A stretch of 60,566 bases of DNA, filler included, from Basidiobolus ranarum (GCA_040143965.1; 15 parts of 15 records of this genome joined end to end with filler, not necessarily neighbours in it); one strand, 5' to 3'. Counted from the whole stretch's first letter, positions 10,668 through 24,583 are shown. The notes: generated by a model not told the origin, from the letters alone. Translations and numbers: made by a program.

Positions 10668-12172
10668 CTAAGATTCGGGAGGTAAGATGGAGAAGTCGGG
10701 TATTTGTATGTTTTTCATGACGCTAGACTTACCCTGGGAACCAGTAGTTTTAACTCTTAAACATCAATCAGAAAACCACGAGCCTGAATAATCACCAAGT
10801 AAAATGTCGGTCGATCGCAAATTTGGCATCCTGTCCATGCCTAAATCGGAACATCGGCGTTGCACTGAAGAATCATCAAAATCTCCTTCTTTGGCTTTGG
10901 CTGTGGAAAATATGGTCATGTCATGTTAGACGGTGATTGGCCTTCTGAATAGTTTCCATTTGGAAACTAGTTATTTGGTGGTATTTTATTTTCTAATCTC
11001 CTCGCCCTGCGTTCTAGAATAAGTATTAATAGAAATCTCGGTACATATCATTTCCATGTACAGCAACTGTAGGTGGAAATATGATGATCATAGAGTAAGG
11101 GCAAAGTTAATTGCAACCAAGGACGCCAAGAATGCTAAATAAGCCTACAATGCAAATATGTTACCCACCCAAAAGCACCCCTTTCCGCTAACCAGCTCTG
11201 CTCCATGGAGAAGAGGAAAAGGTGGGATTCTTGGGCCTGTCTAAGCGCCAATCTCCTTTTCTTTATTATACACAGAGGCGTCACAAGAGTTCCTTGGACT
11301 CTGGCTATGCCTGTTTGACTGACAGCCAATGCAAGCAAATTTCAAAGGCGGCGGGGGATGTGGTGTAAGCTCTCTTTATTTGCCTTTGTTGATGTCACTC
11401 CGGAGAAGAATGTGACTGATTCTTGAAAATAACTGCTTAACCAGTTTCAAAAATGATGCGAATTCCTATACTACAAACCAGATGAATGGCGTCAGCTATT
11501 TATGGGGTTTAACAACGATATCTTATTACTTTCAACACATCACAGTGGCACAAAAATAGACAAGGCTGGATTGATTTATTAGGCCATTGTATCCTAGAGC
11601 ATCACTAACTTAGGCTGGGGCTGGGGTTGTTGCCCTTCTCTCATAACGAGTTCTGTCACAACGTTTTTGTTTCTTGTTCTGGCGTTGATTACTGGGTACC
11701 CACCCCACTAAAATTAGCTATCAAAACCCGTTATCCACTTCTTTTAGCTATTAACAAAAAGGCAATAGAATCAGTTAGCAATTTGGCTTGATAAGTAATA
11801 TTAATTTAGAATGGAGATGATTTTGGTATGTTTTATGCAAGTGGTGTATGGCCTTATGAGGGAGTTCGGGTGGGTTTTACACCATGGGGGCAGGATGACC
11901 AGTGGTTTGATTAGCATGAAATCAGCAACAACCAACGTAAGATCCTAGTGCAGATGAGGAGATAACTGAGGATCAAACATCATGATGGTAAGCGAATATA
12001 AAGGTAAAAGATGGCTAATCAAGCATCCCATTAATCAGTGTCAATGGTTTCCATGATCAACGGTTTGTTCAGNNNNNNNNNNNNNNNNNNNNNNNNNNNN
12101 NNNNNNNNNNNNNNNNTTAATTAATTAANNNNNNNNNNNNNNNNNNNNNNNNNNNNNNNNNNNNNNNNNNNN

Positions 12173-14030
12173 ATTCAATTCAATAAAACGTAAGTGCCTA
12201 ATTCACAAATCCAAATCTTGTCCAAAACACTTCCAAATCCCTTAAACACTTTTCTCACGTTTGGAGCACCAAGCTAGCTGTAAAAGGAGTGTTTACCACT
12301 ACTATTACCAACTTTTTGCATCCACAGAGAAGTATGATGGTGAGGACTTTCACCTTTAGAAGTTCAAGGTGCAAATGGTGCTAGAAGAAAAAGACCTTGG
12401 TGGATTTATTACAGGAGAAGAAATAGTGCCAAAGGATCACCGCACGCTATCCTTGCCTTTCACAAGAAGGAGAGGAGAGCACTCTCTACACAGTGTGTTA
12501 ATGTCAGAAACTCTCAATTTAGGCACATCCACAGAGCCAAAAACATCCAAACTGCTTTGCAAATACTTAAGTGACTATTTGAAATAAAAGTTTGGTCAAT
12601 AGGTTAGATCTTGGATCAATATCATACTTAATTCAGATGAATTTTGATGATCCTAAGGCTGATCATAAAAATCAGATAAAAAGTATGGCTGATTGTTATC
12701 ATACATTGGAGCATCTCTAAATGAAGATGACTTAGGCATGATACTATTTGACACAATAAGAAATACCCTGATATTCTTTCTCAAATCAAAATCTGCTCAA
12801 GAGTGATAATGGTGGAGAATACTGCTCTAAATACTTCTCTAGTTTCAATTCTAAACATGGAATTAAGGAGCAAACTACTGTACCCTACACTCCACAGCAA
12901 AATGGAGTTGTAGAATGTGCTAATAAGACCATGATGGAGATGTCCAGATCAATGTTAAATAATAAAAAGTTAAATTACCAATATTGGGCCGAATCTGTCT
13001 CCACTGTAGTTGACATCAAAATAGATGCCCAACAAGATTGCTACAAAATTCTACTCCATTTGAGGCCCTATACAGATTAAGACCAAATGCAGATCATCTC
13101 AGGATCATTGGTTGCAGAGTTTATTGCCTGATGGCGGCACAAAAATACTCTAAAGTGAAACTCAAAAGCAGTAAAATGCATATTTCCTAGCTATTGTGAT
13201 GGATCTAAGGCCTTCAGTCAGCTTGATCTCAAAAATCAGAGGTTAATTAAGTGCACTGATGTGATTTTTTATTCAAAAGCAAATTATTCATCTCAAATCA
13301 CAGTTCTTGATCCAGAAAACACCATCTGCACTGTTCAGGAAGTATCTGACAAGACTCCAGCTATACCTGAGCCCAATTCAATCAACATTGTGGCCTTGAT
13401 TATGTCAGATGATAATTCAGCACCTGGATGGTCACCTGGAAGGAGGAACAAACCAAGGAACTGGTGGAACACTTCCCACAATGATGTCTATGCTTATGCA
13501 GCATTCTGCAACAAGCCACAGATTCCAGATCAAGCTCTGCAGTGTTAGGAATAAAAATTATGGGAAAATGCAATGTCCACGGAGTATTATTCACTTAAGG
13601 ACAATAAAACAAGGGTTTTAAGACCTCTACCATCAGGAAGTAAGCTAATTAATTGCTAAAGGGTTTACAAAGTCAAACACTATGCTGCTGGAACCAGTGA
13701 AAGTTACAAAGCAAGATTAGTTGCAACAGGTTATTCACACACTCCAGGCATTGATTTTATTGAATCATGTGCCCCGGTAGCTATGTTTAGCTCTGATACA
13801 TCAATCCTGGAACTGTTGGGTATCCACAACCTAGATCAACATCAAAGGGATATAAAAACACCCTTTCTGAATGGAAATCTTGAAGGAGATCTATATGTAT
13901 CAACCAGAAGGTTTTGTTGACCCAAAACACCATGATATGCTCTGTAAGGTGCAAAAGTCACTACATGCATGAAGCAAGCCCCCAGGGCATGGTGTAAGAA
14001 GATAGATACCTATATATCTAATTTGGCTTG
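12173..14030 (+). mobile_element. Degenerate Ty1/copia family A: 5' LTR end (12173-12257), decayed PBS, then gag, integrase and RT fragments with internal deletions
   Basis: gag EKYDGEDFHL*KFKVQMVLEEKDL; integrase YTPQQNGVVE; RT YKARLVA..GYSHTPGID and FLNGNLEG; many stops and frameshifts. Confidence 0.92.
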
Positions 14031-15445
14031 ATATGATTGAAATCAAAGTCAATTGTTACCTTATCAATCCATGCTGGGAGTTGGATGTATACAACTTTTA
14101 GAATATTTCCAGACAAATGACAAGCTCTAGCTCATTATTATTATTATTGTAAATTCCAAAGTCATTTGGACTGCTGAGCCATTAGATCACTGTATCAGTC
14201 TGAGTTCTATAGATGGATTAAAATGTTTTAGTACTATAAGTTATGCTGAATACTCTAACAACTGTCTGAGTTATTAGCATAGGAGATTGGATGATGAACA
14301 AATTGAATGAAATCATTCAAGACCCAGAAACAACCATCAAGTCAGATTTTGGCTTCTTCTGGGCTACTGGCCCCATGGTATTCATATGGGATTTCCGTGT
14401 TGTTTTTTTAAGCAAATCTATTAGCCACAATTCAACCCTGAATCTGCAGTTGCCTTAGTGGATACTGCCTGCTTTTAGCCATAAATGTCTGGCCATTAGC
14501 TTGTGTATTTTGAATTTACTTTTGTTTAGCACTTATTTTATCTAGTATTGCTCACCCAATATTTGCCCACTTGTCATCAGAATATTCAACCAGGCCTCTG
14601 ATCCTGCACATTTTTTGAATCAGTGGTTTTTCAAACAATTATCTGCTTGTGTCTGTGCATGCTATTTCTAACTGTTACAATGGCTTGATACCTGAACAAT
14701 TTTTCTACCCTGTCAAACATTCCTGAAGTATTAGCAGTAAGAGGCTTGTAATGGTTGAAAGCCAGTCAAACACCCTACTTATAGTGCCAGCTGACCATCA
14801 ACTACTGCCAATCTATTAGCCATTTTTATGATTCTGTTATTGAGACTTTCTACTTTTTCTTTTTTTATTTTATTACCATTATGTATGGTGTTAATTACTC
14901 CATTGACTTGAGTCAACACATTTGACATGCTTCACTATTCTTCCTCATCATGAGTAATTGCAATGAGGCAGCCTGTGGCACCATTAGAGATGGCTTAATC
15001 TCATCAGCCATTATGTGTACAATATCATGTCAAAACAGCCGCATTGCTATCAACAGTTATATACAGCATACAAATGAGGGTGGCTTCTACCTTGAGATTT
15101 ACATCCTACTCTCTGGCAAGTGTGGCTTATATTCATCTTATATGTCAGTAATACTTCATAAAGAAATAACCTAAGTACAGATCACTGATACCTCTCAGAG
15201 ATCAATATCATACCACTTATTTAATATCTGGTGTAAACAATTCCTAGGAATAAAACAAGCTGATATCCCATAGAGAAATTAGCACAAACTTCACTTCACC
15301 CTGCTTTGCAATTGGAACCCCATCATAATTTGGCTTCAAAACAGATTTCCAACCATTAAAATTCAATTTACCGCTCATTCAATTTATCACTCTACTGGAT
15401 TATTCATCATTATTGACTACAATTATTCAAAAATGTTCACAAATA

Positions 15446-16127
15446 TGATAAAAGTGCTTAGGGGATTTGGAAGTGCTTTGGACAAGATTTGGATGTATGC
15501 AGTAAACACTTAAGTTTTATTGAATTTAATATGTACCATTTATAGTTTACTATGAAATAGGACTATCAGAAGTGCTTGTATCATAAAACATGCCTATTAA
15601 GCATGAGTGAAAGTTTGAGGTGATATGGAGAAATTTTGAGAAAATAGTGAAAATTGGTAAAAGTGATCTAATTGATATTTCAATCAAGTAGAGCAAGAAA
15701 CACATGTTTTGAATGGCAGAATTGAGTCTAAATAATAAGAATATGAATAAACACACTACTAAATCATGATTAGTTATTTGCCTAGTTTCAACATTCCCAC
15801 TCAACTGACTATTTAGTACTTCACTTAAACCTAACTAATATTTTACTAATTCAAATTGTGTTTGAGCTAAAGGTCTGGGTAAGATATCAGCTATCATTTT
15901 TTCAGTAGGGCCATAGACAAGTTCAATTGTATCATTCTCTATTGCTTCTCTAACAAAATCATGCCTAATATCTGTATGTTTTGTTCTAGCATGAAATGTT
16001 GGGTTTTTAGCTATTGAAATACAACTTTGATTGTCTTCAAATACAGTAATAGCACGTTTTTGCATGTATCCTAAGTTTGTAAATAACTTCCTTAACCACA
16101 TAGCTTCTTGTGTAGTAGCAGAGGCAG
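15446..16127 (-). mobile_element. Ty1/copia family A 3' end: RNase H (15835-16127), PPT (about 15794-15806), 3' LTR (15446-15793)
   Basis: EDNQSCISIAKNPTFHARTKHTDIRHDFVRE; PPT GTTGAGTGGGAA directly precedes the TGTTGAAA...TTATCA LTR on the minus strand. Confidence 0.93.
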
Positions 16128-16227
16128 NNNNNNNNNNNNNNNNNNNNNNNNNNNNNNNNNNNNNNNNNNNNTTAATTAATTAANNNNNNNNNNNNNNNNN
16201 NNNNNNNNNNNNNNNNNNNNNNNNNNN

Positions 16228-16939
16228 CTCCTGATGTTGCAGTTGCTCTTGTTCTAGAACTTTTGGTGTTACTGGTTTTGTGCAAAGCATTTTTAGGGCG
16301 TCGACGTCTGCATGATGATGGTTTTTTAGCTAAATATTGAGGTTTTGCATCATTTGCCTTTTCATGCGTTGTTGTCACTTTGATATGGGTACCGAAGGTT
16401 GTTACAGTTTTAGAGGGTTGGTGCTTGGTATTTTGTTCCAGGAATTCTCTAACTTCGACTGCTTCATTGCCCGTTGTGTTATCTTTAACTTTCGATGTAT
16501 TAGACGTTGAGCTATAGGTAGTTGATAGTTCTATTGTGGGTGTTTTGTTGTTCGAGACTAATATTGGTGACGTAACGTGAATCCTACCTGTAGGGATGTT
16601 CGTATCCATCTGTTTGTAATGGCACTGTGCCTTGTTGCCATGGGGAACACATACATACTGGGATCGAGTTGGGTTTTCTTGCCAAGGACATTCATACACT
16701 ATCCAATGACCTTTTATGCATTTTTTGTATTGATGTTCTTGCTCTGGAATGCAAGAAACGGTGCCATCATGACAATGTGCAAGAGTTTCGACGGCAAATC
16801 CGTGCGATACCGAGGAAGTTAACTTTGTGACAATATGTTGAACTCCTGTGGGAATGGTTATACTAGGAGGTGGTAGAGCTAATGCATATCTCACTATCAG
16901 GACAGCAGTAAAAATGATCCATCGGGATTTCAAACGCAT
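16228..16939 (-). CDS. Secreted protein with a Cys-rich putative chitin-binding (CBM19-like) module and Ser/Thr-rich stalk; 3' end off-contig
   Basis: Signal peptide; C-x2-G-x3-C...YKKC-x2-GHW-x4-C-P...C spacing; Thr-rich C-terminal half. Confidence 0.7.
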
Positions 16940-17473
16940 GTTTCCAATCCTCTCGCGGTGTTTTTTTAAAAGTTGCCTATTATTTATATTAACTGACCAT
17001 CTCCAACGTCCTTTTCGAGTCTATCTTCATTAGCTAGGTACCGTCGTATGTTCCATAAGAGAACCCTGATTGGACATGTTATCAAGAAGTTGTTTTTTTA
17101 GAAATGCATAAATCCAATACTCTTCCTTGTTTATAATTTTCAAGCTCAATTTGGCCATATCTAAATATTAATAATCAGATTGCCCATATAAAAGCAACTC
17201 TATTATAACGCTGAGGCAGATGAAAATTCTTCATTTTTTACCCAGGCTGTTCCCAAATCATCTGGATTAAAGCCATGGTGGTTTTGAGAATTATGGATCT
17301 TTAAAAAGAAATTACTGCTTTGTTCTCACTTTTGGAGAATGATCCAGCATCAACCAAGGTCACAAACAATCTCTGCCATAAACTTCGAGTTGGCTAACCA
17401 TTTCAGTTGATATCCGGGTTAGGTTCTCCCCAATTTGGATACTGCGTTCCATCGTGTTTGTTCGCACTACATC

Positions 17474-17561
17474 ATTATGCACTATTGATTATATTATGCA
17501 CTAATGACTATACTATGCACTATTGACTATACTATGCGCTATTGATTATATTATGCACTAT
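17474..17561. repeat. 19-bp minisatellite, about 4.6 copies (A[T/C]TATGCACTATTGA[T/C]TAT)
   Basis: Direct tandem units read from the sequence, with no spacers. Confidence 0.9.
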
Positions 17562-19263
17562 GGGCAGGAAACCTACCGAAATTTCGGATGATTGTTGCAC
17601 AGGCAGAAGAAGCTTGCTCTTAGACGTGAAGAGTAGATTGGTTTACTTGGAGTGGCAATGGACAAAATCTGCTGCTGGCCAGAGAAAGAACCTCCGTGAA
17701 ATATGGTGTGTTTAAGTAGGGATCAGAGAGTTCTTGGGATATCCCATAGTTTGCTTACTTTTACATCATTGGCATAGTTCTCACACACTGTTACTAAAAT
17801 TAACTCTCTTGCGAAGAACTTTCGATAATGAAATAGGATATTTGTCTGGTTTAATCACTACGAACTGCGCCTCGGAATGTGGGAGTTCTCGCAGCGTCGT
17901 CTCCAGTTGTCCCTTATCAGTAATCAATATGTGGATTCTGTCTGATTATTGGCTAGTTAGGATTCGAAAGACGAACACCATATCTGGATACGGCGCAAAA
18001 CGTATGTGCAAAACCATAAATCATCGACGATATAGGAAATGGGATATACTATGTATGGTAATAAGGAGCTACTTGTGAGGAGGAACTATCGCTAAACATC
18101 GTTGTTACATTTATAGCGAGACCATGGAGTTGGCTTGGATCTTGCATACACTACTTCATACCCGTCAGCACTTCCATATCCAGGAATCGAGGCTGCTGAT
18201 ATGGGATACCTAGAACTCGCTTCTACAAACAATTCGATCCAGGATAACCACTCACGTGTAGAGTTTCCGTATCTTGCATGGAGCAGCACTAGTTTTCCAG
18301 CAGTCAAGAAGGTTTCCTTACAACTAACAATCTGTGCATATGGACTTGGACCTGCAAAGCCCTGCAAGCACTACTTCCAGAGGATTAAGATGCTATTCAA
18401 GGGTGGTCAATAGTGACTAAATTCTGGCTAGCTTCTGGGTTTAACCAAATATGGATTTCATATTGTTCTGCCTCATCCTATATCTCGATTTAGTGAGAGA
18501 TGAGCATCGCCATATTTCCCGTTATTGGAGGGCTAGCGATGATATCCAGTGATCCCATAAAATGCACCTCCCATTCTCCCAGTTCTGTATCCCCCACTGT
18601 GTCTGTCCTTGATCTGGAATGCCGGTTTCCTTCTACGATAAGAGGTACTCACTAGCTATGAGGCTGATTGTGCGAGTCCATTCGATAGCCTAGACTCTTG
18701 GCAAATGGTTTGGGCTGATTGCTCACGAATAGTTCAGCATTTCGGGGACGTGATTAACAAACATGCTGTGGATCATGCTCAACAGAGTAAATCAACCTTC
18801 GACCAGGTTTTTCGACTGTTACCAAATCAGTATTGCCCAAGACCTTTCTGCTTGCAGCGGCTTGTTTCAGTTGGCAACTGAAGAGATATTCTACATGGGG
18901 CGATCTTGAAATTTTACATCAAACTTTTGTACTACGAAAATTCTATTTTTCTCAGTTGCATTATTGATCCTTTTTTCCGAATATGAAGTAAATCTATTGA
19001 ATTATCAAGTGTGTTTATTGGCTATTCGCTTTCACATAAATAGTGCTGCGTCAAAATCTATATCAGCACTTATGATCTGATTTGCTTGTTGAAAATGACA
19101 TAGCTTAAGTATTTATACACCATTTAGATGGCTACGTAAATTTTACTGTTATTTTTCAGTATTGTCATGAGAAATTAACTTCTAATATTTTTATCAACTT
19201 GGAGGGTTGAAGAATGTACGATTTTCTCAAAATTGTCCAAGAGACCCAAAGCTTTGTACTCTA

Positions 19264-20178
19264 CGTTGGAACTAGTTTGCCTAAAGGCCTATATAGTCAT
19301 ATATAACTTAGCACTTAGTTATCTTATATTTGACTAAGCTATTACCCATTATTCTCATAAAGAATTTACTTGGAATATTATTGCCAACTTGGAAGTTCTC
19401 AGATATATAGATCTTTTCAAACCTGTGCTAGAGGTCTCAAGCTTTGCTTACAAGTTCCTGGGAGTTCTTTAACACTTTCAACTAATTAGTTTGTCTACAT
19501 CTTGAAAAACTCATAAATGTCAACTTTCTGAACAATTAGTTGAAACCACCAATTTCTATAGTTCTCCTAACCACTTCCAATAGGCTCACAAAGTACTCTA
19601 ACAGGGTATGAGCCTCTAGCTGGCACTCTCTGTAATGTCTACTTCTCAAATTACTGGAACTTTTCTCTCTTCTTGAAATTGGATGGAACCAATTATTAAC
19701 TCAGGAAAATTGAATGCTCCGCAAGAAAAAGGACTTTGAAATGTTGTTGTAGGAGAAGAAAAAAATGCAAAATTTGTTGAAATTAGTTTTGCCTAAACAC
19801 CTATATAGTCATATATAGCTTAGTACTTGGTTAATTTATAATTCACTAAGATATTAGCCATTATTCTCAATTGGAACTTACTTAGAACATTTTTACAAAC
19901 TTAGAAGATCTCAGATATATATATTTTTCAAACTTGTGCTGGAAGCCCCATACTTTGCACACATGTTCCCAAGACCTTCTTTAACACATTATACACCTTA
20001 GTTTGTTTACATTTCAACAAAATTATAAATGTCAACTCTCTACTCAATCAATCAATAAGTGAAAGTCACCAATTTCTCTAATTCTCCAAACCACTTCCAA
20101 CAGGCTCCCAAATACTTTACCAAGTTATGAGCCCCTAACTTGCACTCTCTGTAATGTCTACCTCTCAAATTTATGGAG
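19264..20178 (+). mobile_element. Two head-to-tail copia family B 5' ends: LTR 19264-19603 + PBS + gag start; LTR 19775-20122 + PBS + gag start
   Basis: Two similar ~345-bp LTRs, each followed by a GGTTATGAGCCC-like PBS and ATGTCTAC(T/C)TCTCAAAT. Confidence 0.9.
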
Positions 20179-20278
20179 NNNNNNNNNNNNNNNNNNNNNN
20201 NNNNNNNNNNNNNNNNNNNNNNTTAATTAATTAANNNNNNNNNNNNNNNNNNNNNNNNNNNNNNNNNNNNNNNNNNNN

Positions 20279-20459
20279 AGCTGGAGCTGCTGTTGCCTGG
20301 AGAATCGATGCTGTCGAGACACCCTTCCTCACCCAACTCATCATCAACTGGGCACTCTTCACCGTCTCCATTCCCTTCACCTTATTTGTTGCACGTGATG
20401 TCAAAGAGACCAACAACGACGGCTCTGATGAAAAGGGAGAAGCCATCGAAAGTCTCTAA
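20279..20459 (+). CDS. 3' end of a UNC-93-like (DUF895) MFS membrane protein
   Basis: AGAAVAWRIDAVETPFLTQLIINWALFTVSIPFTLFVARDVKETN...* matches the typical fungal UNC-93-like C-terminus. Confidence 0.85.
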
Positions 20460-21490
20460 AATAATTTGTTCAATACCTCTTACACTGTTAGTTCATTTCA
20501 AGCATTAATAAATAATTCTACTGTATTAATCTCATGCATATTCATCTTTAATTCTAAAGAGGAGAATTTTTGATTCTTAATATTCAATCGGCAACCCTAA
20601 AACGTATTCATATTGTTCTCGAAAGGTATTTTGTAACTATATAGTTGAACCTTGAACATCTTGATGCATTATTGTATATTATAAAACATTCGCAGTATGA
20701 ACGCGTAAACCTGAAAGTTGGAGTAAATGATCTAGCAGGTTAATTCTCGATCTTATAGCCAATATTTACAATATTTAGACTTCAGAGTACTACATTACAA
20801 GTGTTATAACCAGACGAATACGACGATCTTTGAAGATTGGTATTCTGATCAATCGTCAGGATAATTTAAGCACGGAGATCGGGTAACTCCTTAGAAACAC
20901 CACAAATTTTGCTAATTATTTTATATATATATATTTATACCAGAGTTTAAGCGACTATTCAAGTCAGAATTTGTGCAAATAATGGTATGATTGCATGATG
21001 TTGCCACGTGACTTGTATATTATATAATTATATTTGATCGCTGCTGACGAGAGAAAACACTGCATACTTTCCAAGTCTCATTTGTTCCTGATGTCCATCA
21101 AGAATGAGTATTCGCAAACCTCGTTATGCTTTCCCTAGAATCACAGTAAATTTTTCACTCCTAGTATCACTGTCTAGACGCGAATCAGCCAAGTAGAGAA
21201 GATGACAACATTGAGTCGAGAAAAAAGTTCGCTATTTCCATATTGGGTTAGATTCGATTAGAAACTACAGAATGTTACTAAAATATATTCATTATATTCC
21301 CCTATGGAACTCAGTCTAGCTGACTTATTAGAGTTGACCGTTCGACAGATTTGTTAACATATTTGGTATTATTGATTCCTCAGCTACTGTAATGCGCTTC
21401 ACCTAGGAACAACATCTTGGAATGTTACATACCAGCTGGTGAAACTTTAATTTACTTAATATAGTAGCTTCATTCGGCTTTGTATGTCAG

Positions 21491-21710
21491 CCTTCCTCAC
21501 ACAACTCATCATTAACTGGGCACTCTTCACCGTCTCCCTTTACCTACTTTGTTGCACATGATGTCAAAGAGACCAACAATGACGGCTTTGGGGAAAAGGG
21601 AGAAGTCATCGAGAGTATCTAAAATAGTTTGTTCATTATTTCTTACGCAAATAATTTGCTTTCAGCATTGATAAATAATTTTATAACATTAAACCCATAC
21701 ATATTCTTTG
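21491..21710 (+). pseudogene. Truncated, frameshifted duplicate of the UNC-93-like 3' end and 3' UTR
   Basis: Close copy of about 20322-20550 with small deletions; no upstream coding part. Confidence 0.85.
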
Positions 21711-24054
21711 CAATAGTGAAGAGTTTGTAATGATTTGTGTTACCTACTTTACACTTGTACACTCAAATATACTTGGTTGTAAATACAGTGGTTGAGAATT
21801 ACCGTACCAATCATACACAAGCCATCTCGAAAAGCTTGATACAGTATGCTATATTTTAGTAAATTTTGAACCGGCGTAGATACACATGTAGTGTCAGGGA
21901 GGTGAAAAAGTAAATTCCTTATTGTTTATGCTAATAAATTATTATCAGTGATACATCATATCCTACCCAATTACCTTATTGATAATACTGATAAATTATA
22001 ATCGATGACACTTTCTATCCTACCAGTTGCCCGAGTCAAACCTCATTTGTTGTAACTAAAATTATGCATTCTTTAAGACTGCATGAGTTTACCCATCGTG
22101 CGCATTGCCATGAGGTTCTTTAAATATTGATAGAGCCCTGATTAGATTCAAACCATCGTGAGGAAGATTTCTGAAAGCAGGAACTTTTGATTCCCAATAT
22201 AGTGATATCTAGTGGCAGAATCTAAAGAACCATGCCATTTCTGCTCGTTTTATTATATAAAACAAGGTATACAATGAGTCTTCAAAAGTATTGAAGCCAC
22301 AGGAGTTGTATGTAACTAAGGGAAATATATTATTTCACTCAACTGTTGTAATAAGTAACCCTTCTCAAAGGCGACTATCCCTAGTTCGTTTTGTTTGCTC
22401 CTACGGTCCTGACACGTACAGCGATACTAATAGACGAATGCAGTTTCTATGATGGATTACACTATCGCAATATTATGGTTTATCTTTATTTACACTGACC
22501 TTAGTTTCTTCAGTTACTTTGGTTATAGTTTCCTAAAGAAGTCTCGGTAATCGCTGCTACTTATGCGTGCGTCTGCGGTTTAAAATTTGCTATCTTCTCT
22601 AACTTTTACTATTTTTTGGCAGTTTAAACTAACCGTCAATAACCTTAATTAGTGATAGAGCTACGATTGGTATAACTTCAAGTGTTACCAGAAGACCACA
22701 CAGATAGCTCTGTGCGTATTTGTAGGATTCTGTTTGACTTGAGTGTTCATACTTGATTAGCAACAGTTCCTTTCGTGCCGTCATAGCCATTGGAATTTTC
22801 ATCCGATTTACCTTATTTTCATCAAGCAAGAATACATCAGTATCGAGATCCACAAGCTCTATCGAACTGGCATATAGTTTTGTTCTTCTCATTGTTCAGC
22901 CATCGTAATCATGCCTATAACATCAAACTCAGCTGAGAAATTCTTGTGTTCGGCCTTATTCTAGATATTCCTTGTTATGATCGTCATGTGCCATAGTCAT
23001 CTATGGATTAACAGCTATTCATAATCGCCTAGACTGGAAAATCTCATTCATCAATTGGAATACACTGGTGGGAACTTCATCTTTGGAATTGACTTCAGCG
23101 ATCATCTGTCCAAATACAGGCTTCTAATCCTCTGTACCTGTACCTGTACTACGGAGTCGGAGATACCAAATAGTAAATCTATGACTATTGGCTTATAAGA
23201 GCATTGCCTAACGACCAATCAGTGTCTGTTAGCCAAGTTAGCAACTAAAAAGAGTATTCAACCAGTTGGAGTGGCTGTTGGGACAATCCTCATCACCGAA
23301 TTCGTCATCACTTGTGGGGTTTTCACCACTTTCAGCTATTATGGAGATCGCCTATGCCGATTTCGTCGACAAATATGGAATCACCGAAGGAGACTCTATT
23401 TACATTACTTCTATTATCAGCCCATAGGTAGTAGTACCAACGCATAACGAATCTTAACAAGTCATGTCTTCTTTTACTTAAAATTACTGTTACTTTGCAA
23501 TATGCTTAATTACTCAGCAGTAATCAAGCAAGTACATAGTTTGTTAGTAGTATATTGAGTATTGGGGAAGCTGAGTCCGGATTTCCTTGGTATTATTAGA
23601 CAGGCAAAACAAAATACACTCCGTTTTTTCTGAGTCTCGTACTTCAAGAAAAGCCTTGCTGCTAGGAATTGGAAATTAGAGTGACAATAACCCAATTTGT
23701 TTAGATTCATCTGGAAACTAGACAATATTCTTAAAACGTACTCAATATGTTTATTGATAGGATTGGGTGAATGACTAAACAAAATTCTACTTTCGGCCGA
23801 TTTTGTGCTCATATTTGGTAGTATTGGTTCAAAATTGGATTTTATTCCCCTCATCGAAAATAGAGTTTGGTGTGTTACATACAGGCCAGAGTCTCTATTA
23901 TTACTCTATAATAGTATGATAATTCGGCTTTTTATGATCAGCTATGCTCAAAGAATTCGGAGTGGAGTCTTGGACACAAATCGAGTATCTATATAAACAG
24001 GTGGGTGGACTGGCATAACTTCACACAATAATTCCACTCTATCATTAATACATT

Positions 24055-24228
24055 ATGAGAATCAACAGTCCAATAGGACAAGTCCTCATGGTAGGTCTTG
24101 TTTGCTTCTGCTGCCCCGGTATGTACAACGTTATCAACGGTATGGGTGCTGGTGGTATGATGGATGACAACACCACTAAGAACGGAAACGTCGCCCTTTA
24201 CACTTGCTTTGCTCTCTTCGGTTACTTC
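24055..24228 (+). CDS. 5' end of a UNC-93-like MFS protein
   Basis: SPIGQVLMVGLVCFCCPGMYNVINGMGAGG...GNVALYTCFALFG is the conserved N-terminus of fungal UNC-93-like proteins; TATATAAA at about 23989. Confidence 0.9.
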
Positions 24229-24328
24229 NNNNNNNNNNNNNNNNNNNNNNNNNNNNNNNNNNNNNNNNNNNNTTAATTAATTAANNNNNNNNNNNNNNNN
24301 NNNNNNNNNNNNNNNNNNNNNNNNNNNN

Positions 24329-24583
24329 AGTTGTATACCTTGAGGTTCGCGTTTGGCAGTTCTTGCCTCTTCAACCACGGTAGAAGCTTCATCTCTTTCG
24401 ACTGGCTGCCGTGTGTTAGCTAGATCTGAGTCGTTAGAAGTAGATAATGTATCAATTAGTTCCTTCATTTCGGGTGGCTATGAGAGAAAAGTAAATAAAG
24501 GCGAGATTTGGAATCCATATTATCAATAGAAGTGCAGTTACCATAGGTGCCAGTTTCTTAGGAGGACTCTTTTTGATCTTCAT
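24329..24583 (-). CDS. 5' end of a gene resembling the Tom1/HUWE1 HECT E3 ligase N-terminus (exons 24583-24542, 24477-24329)
   Basis: MKIKKSPPKKLAPM|PPEMKELIDTLSTSNDSDL, with a 64-nt GTAACT...TAG intron. Similarity to Tom1 is from memory and covers only about 35 aa. Confidence 0.5.

Noticed and set aside
14050-15445. Possible further TE relic in contig 4
   Set aside because: CpG-poor like the TEs, but I could not read a convincing protein motif, so it is left unannotated.
17474-17561. CRISPR-like array
   Set aside because: Contiguous 19-bp units with no unique spacers; eukaryotic context and no cas genes.
20231-20508. ORFs 20231..20446 (-) and 20293..20508 (+)
   Set aside because: Shadows of the UNC-93-like 3' end; one runs into linker Ns.
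22620-23450. Possible membrane-protein pseudogene
   Set aside because: Only short hydrophobic fragments in shifting frames; no recognisable family.
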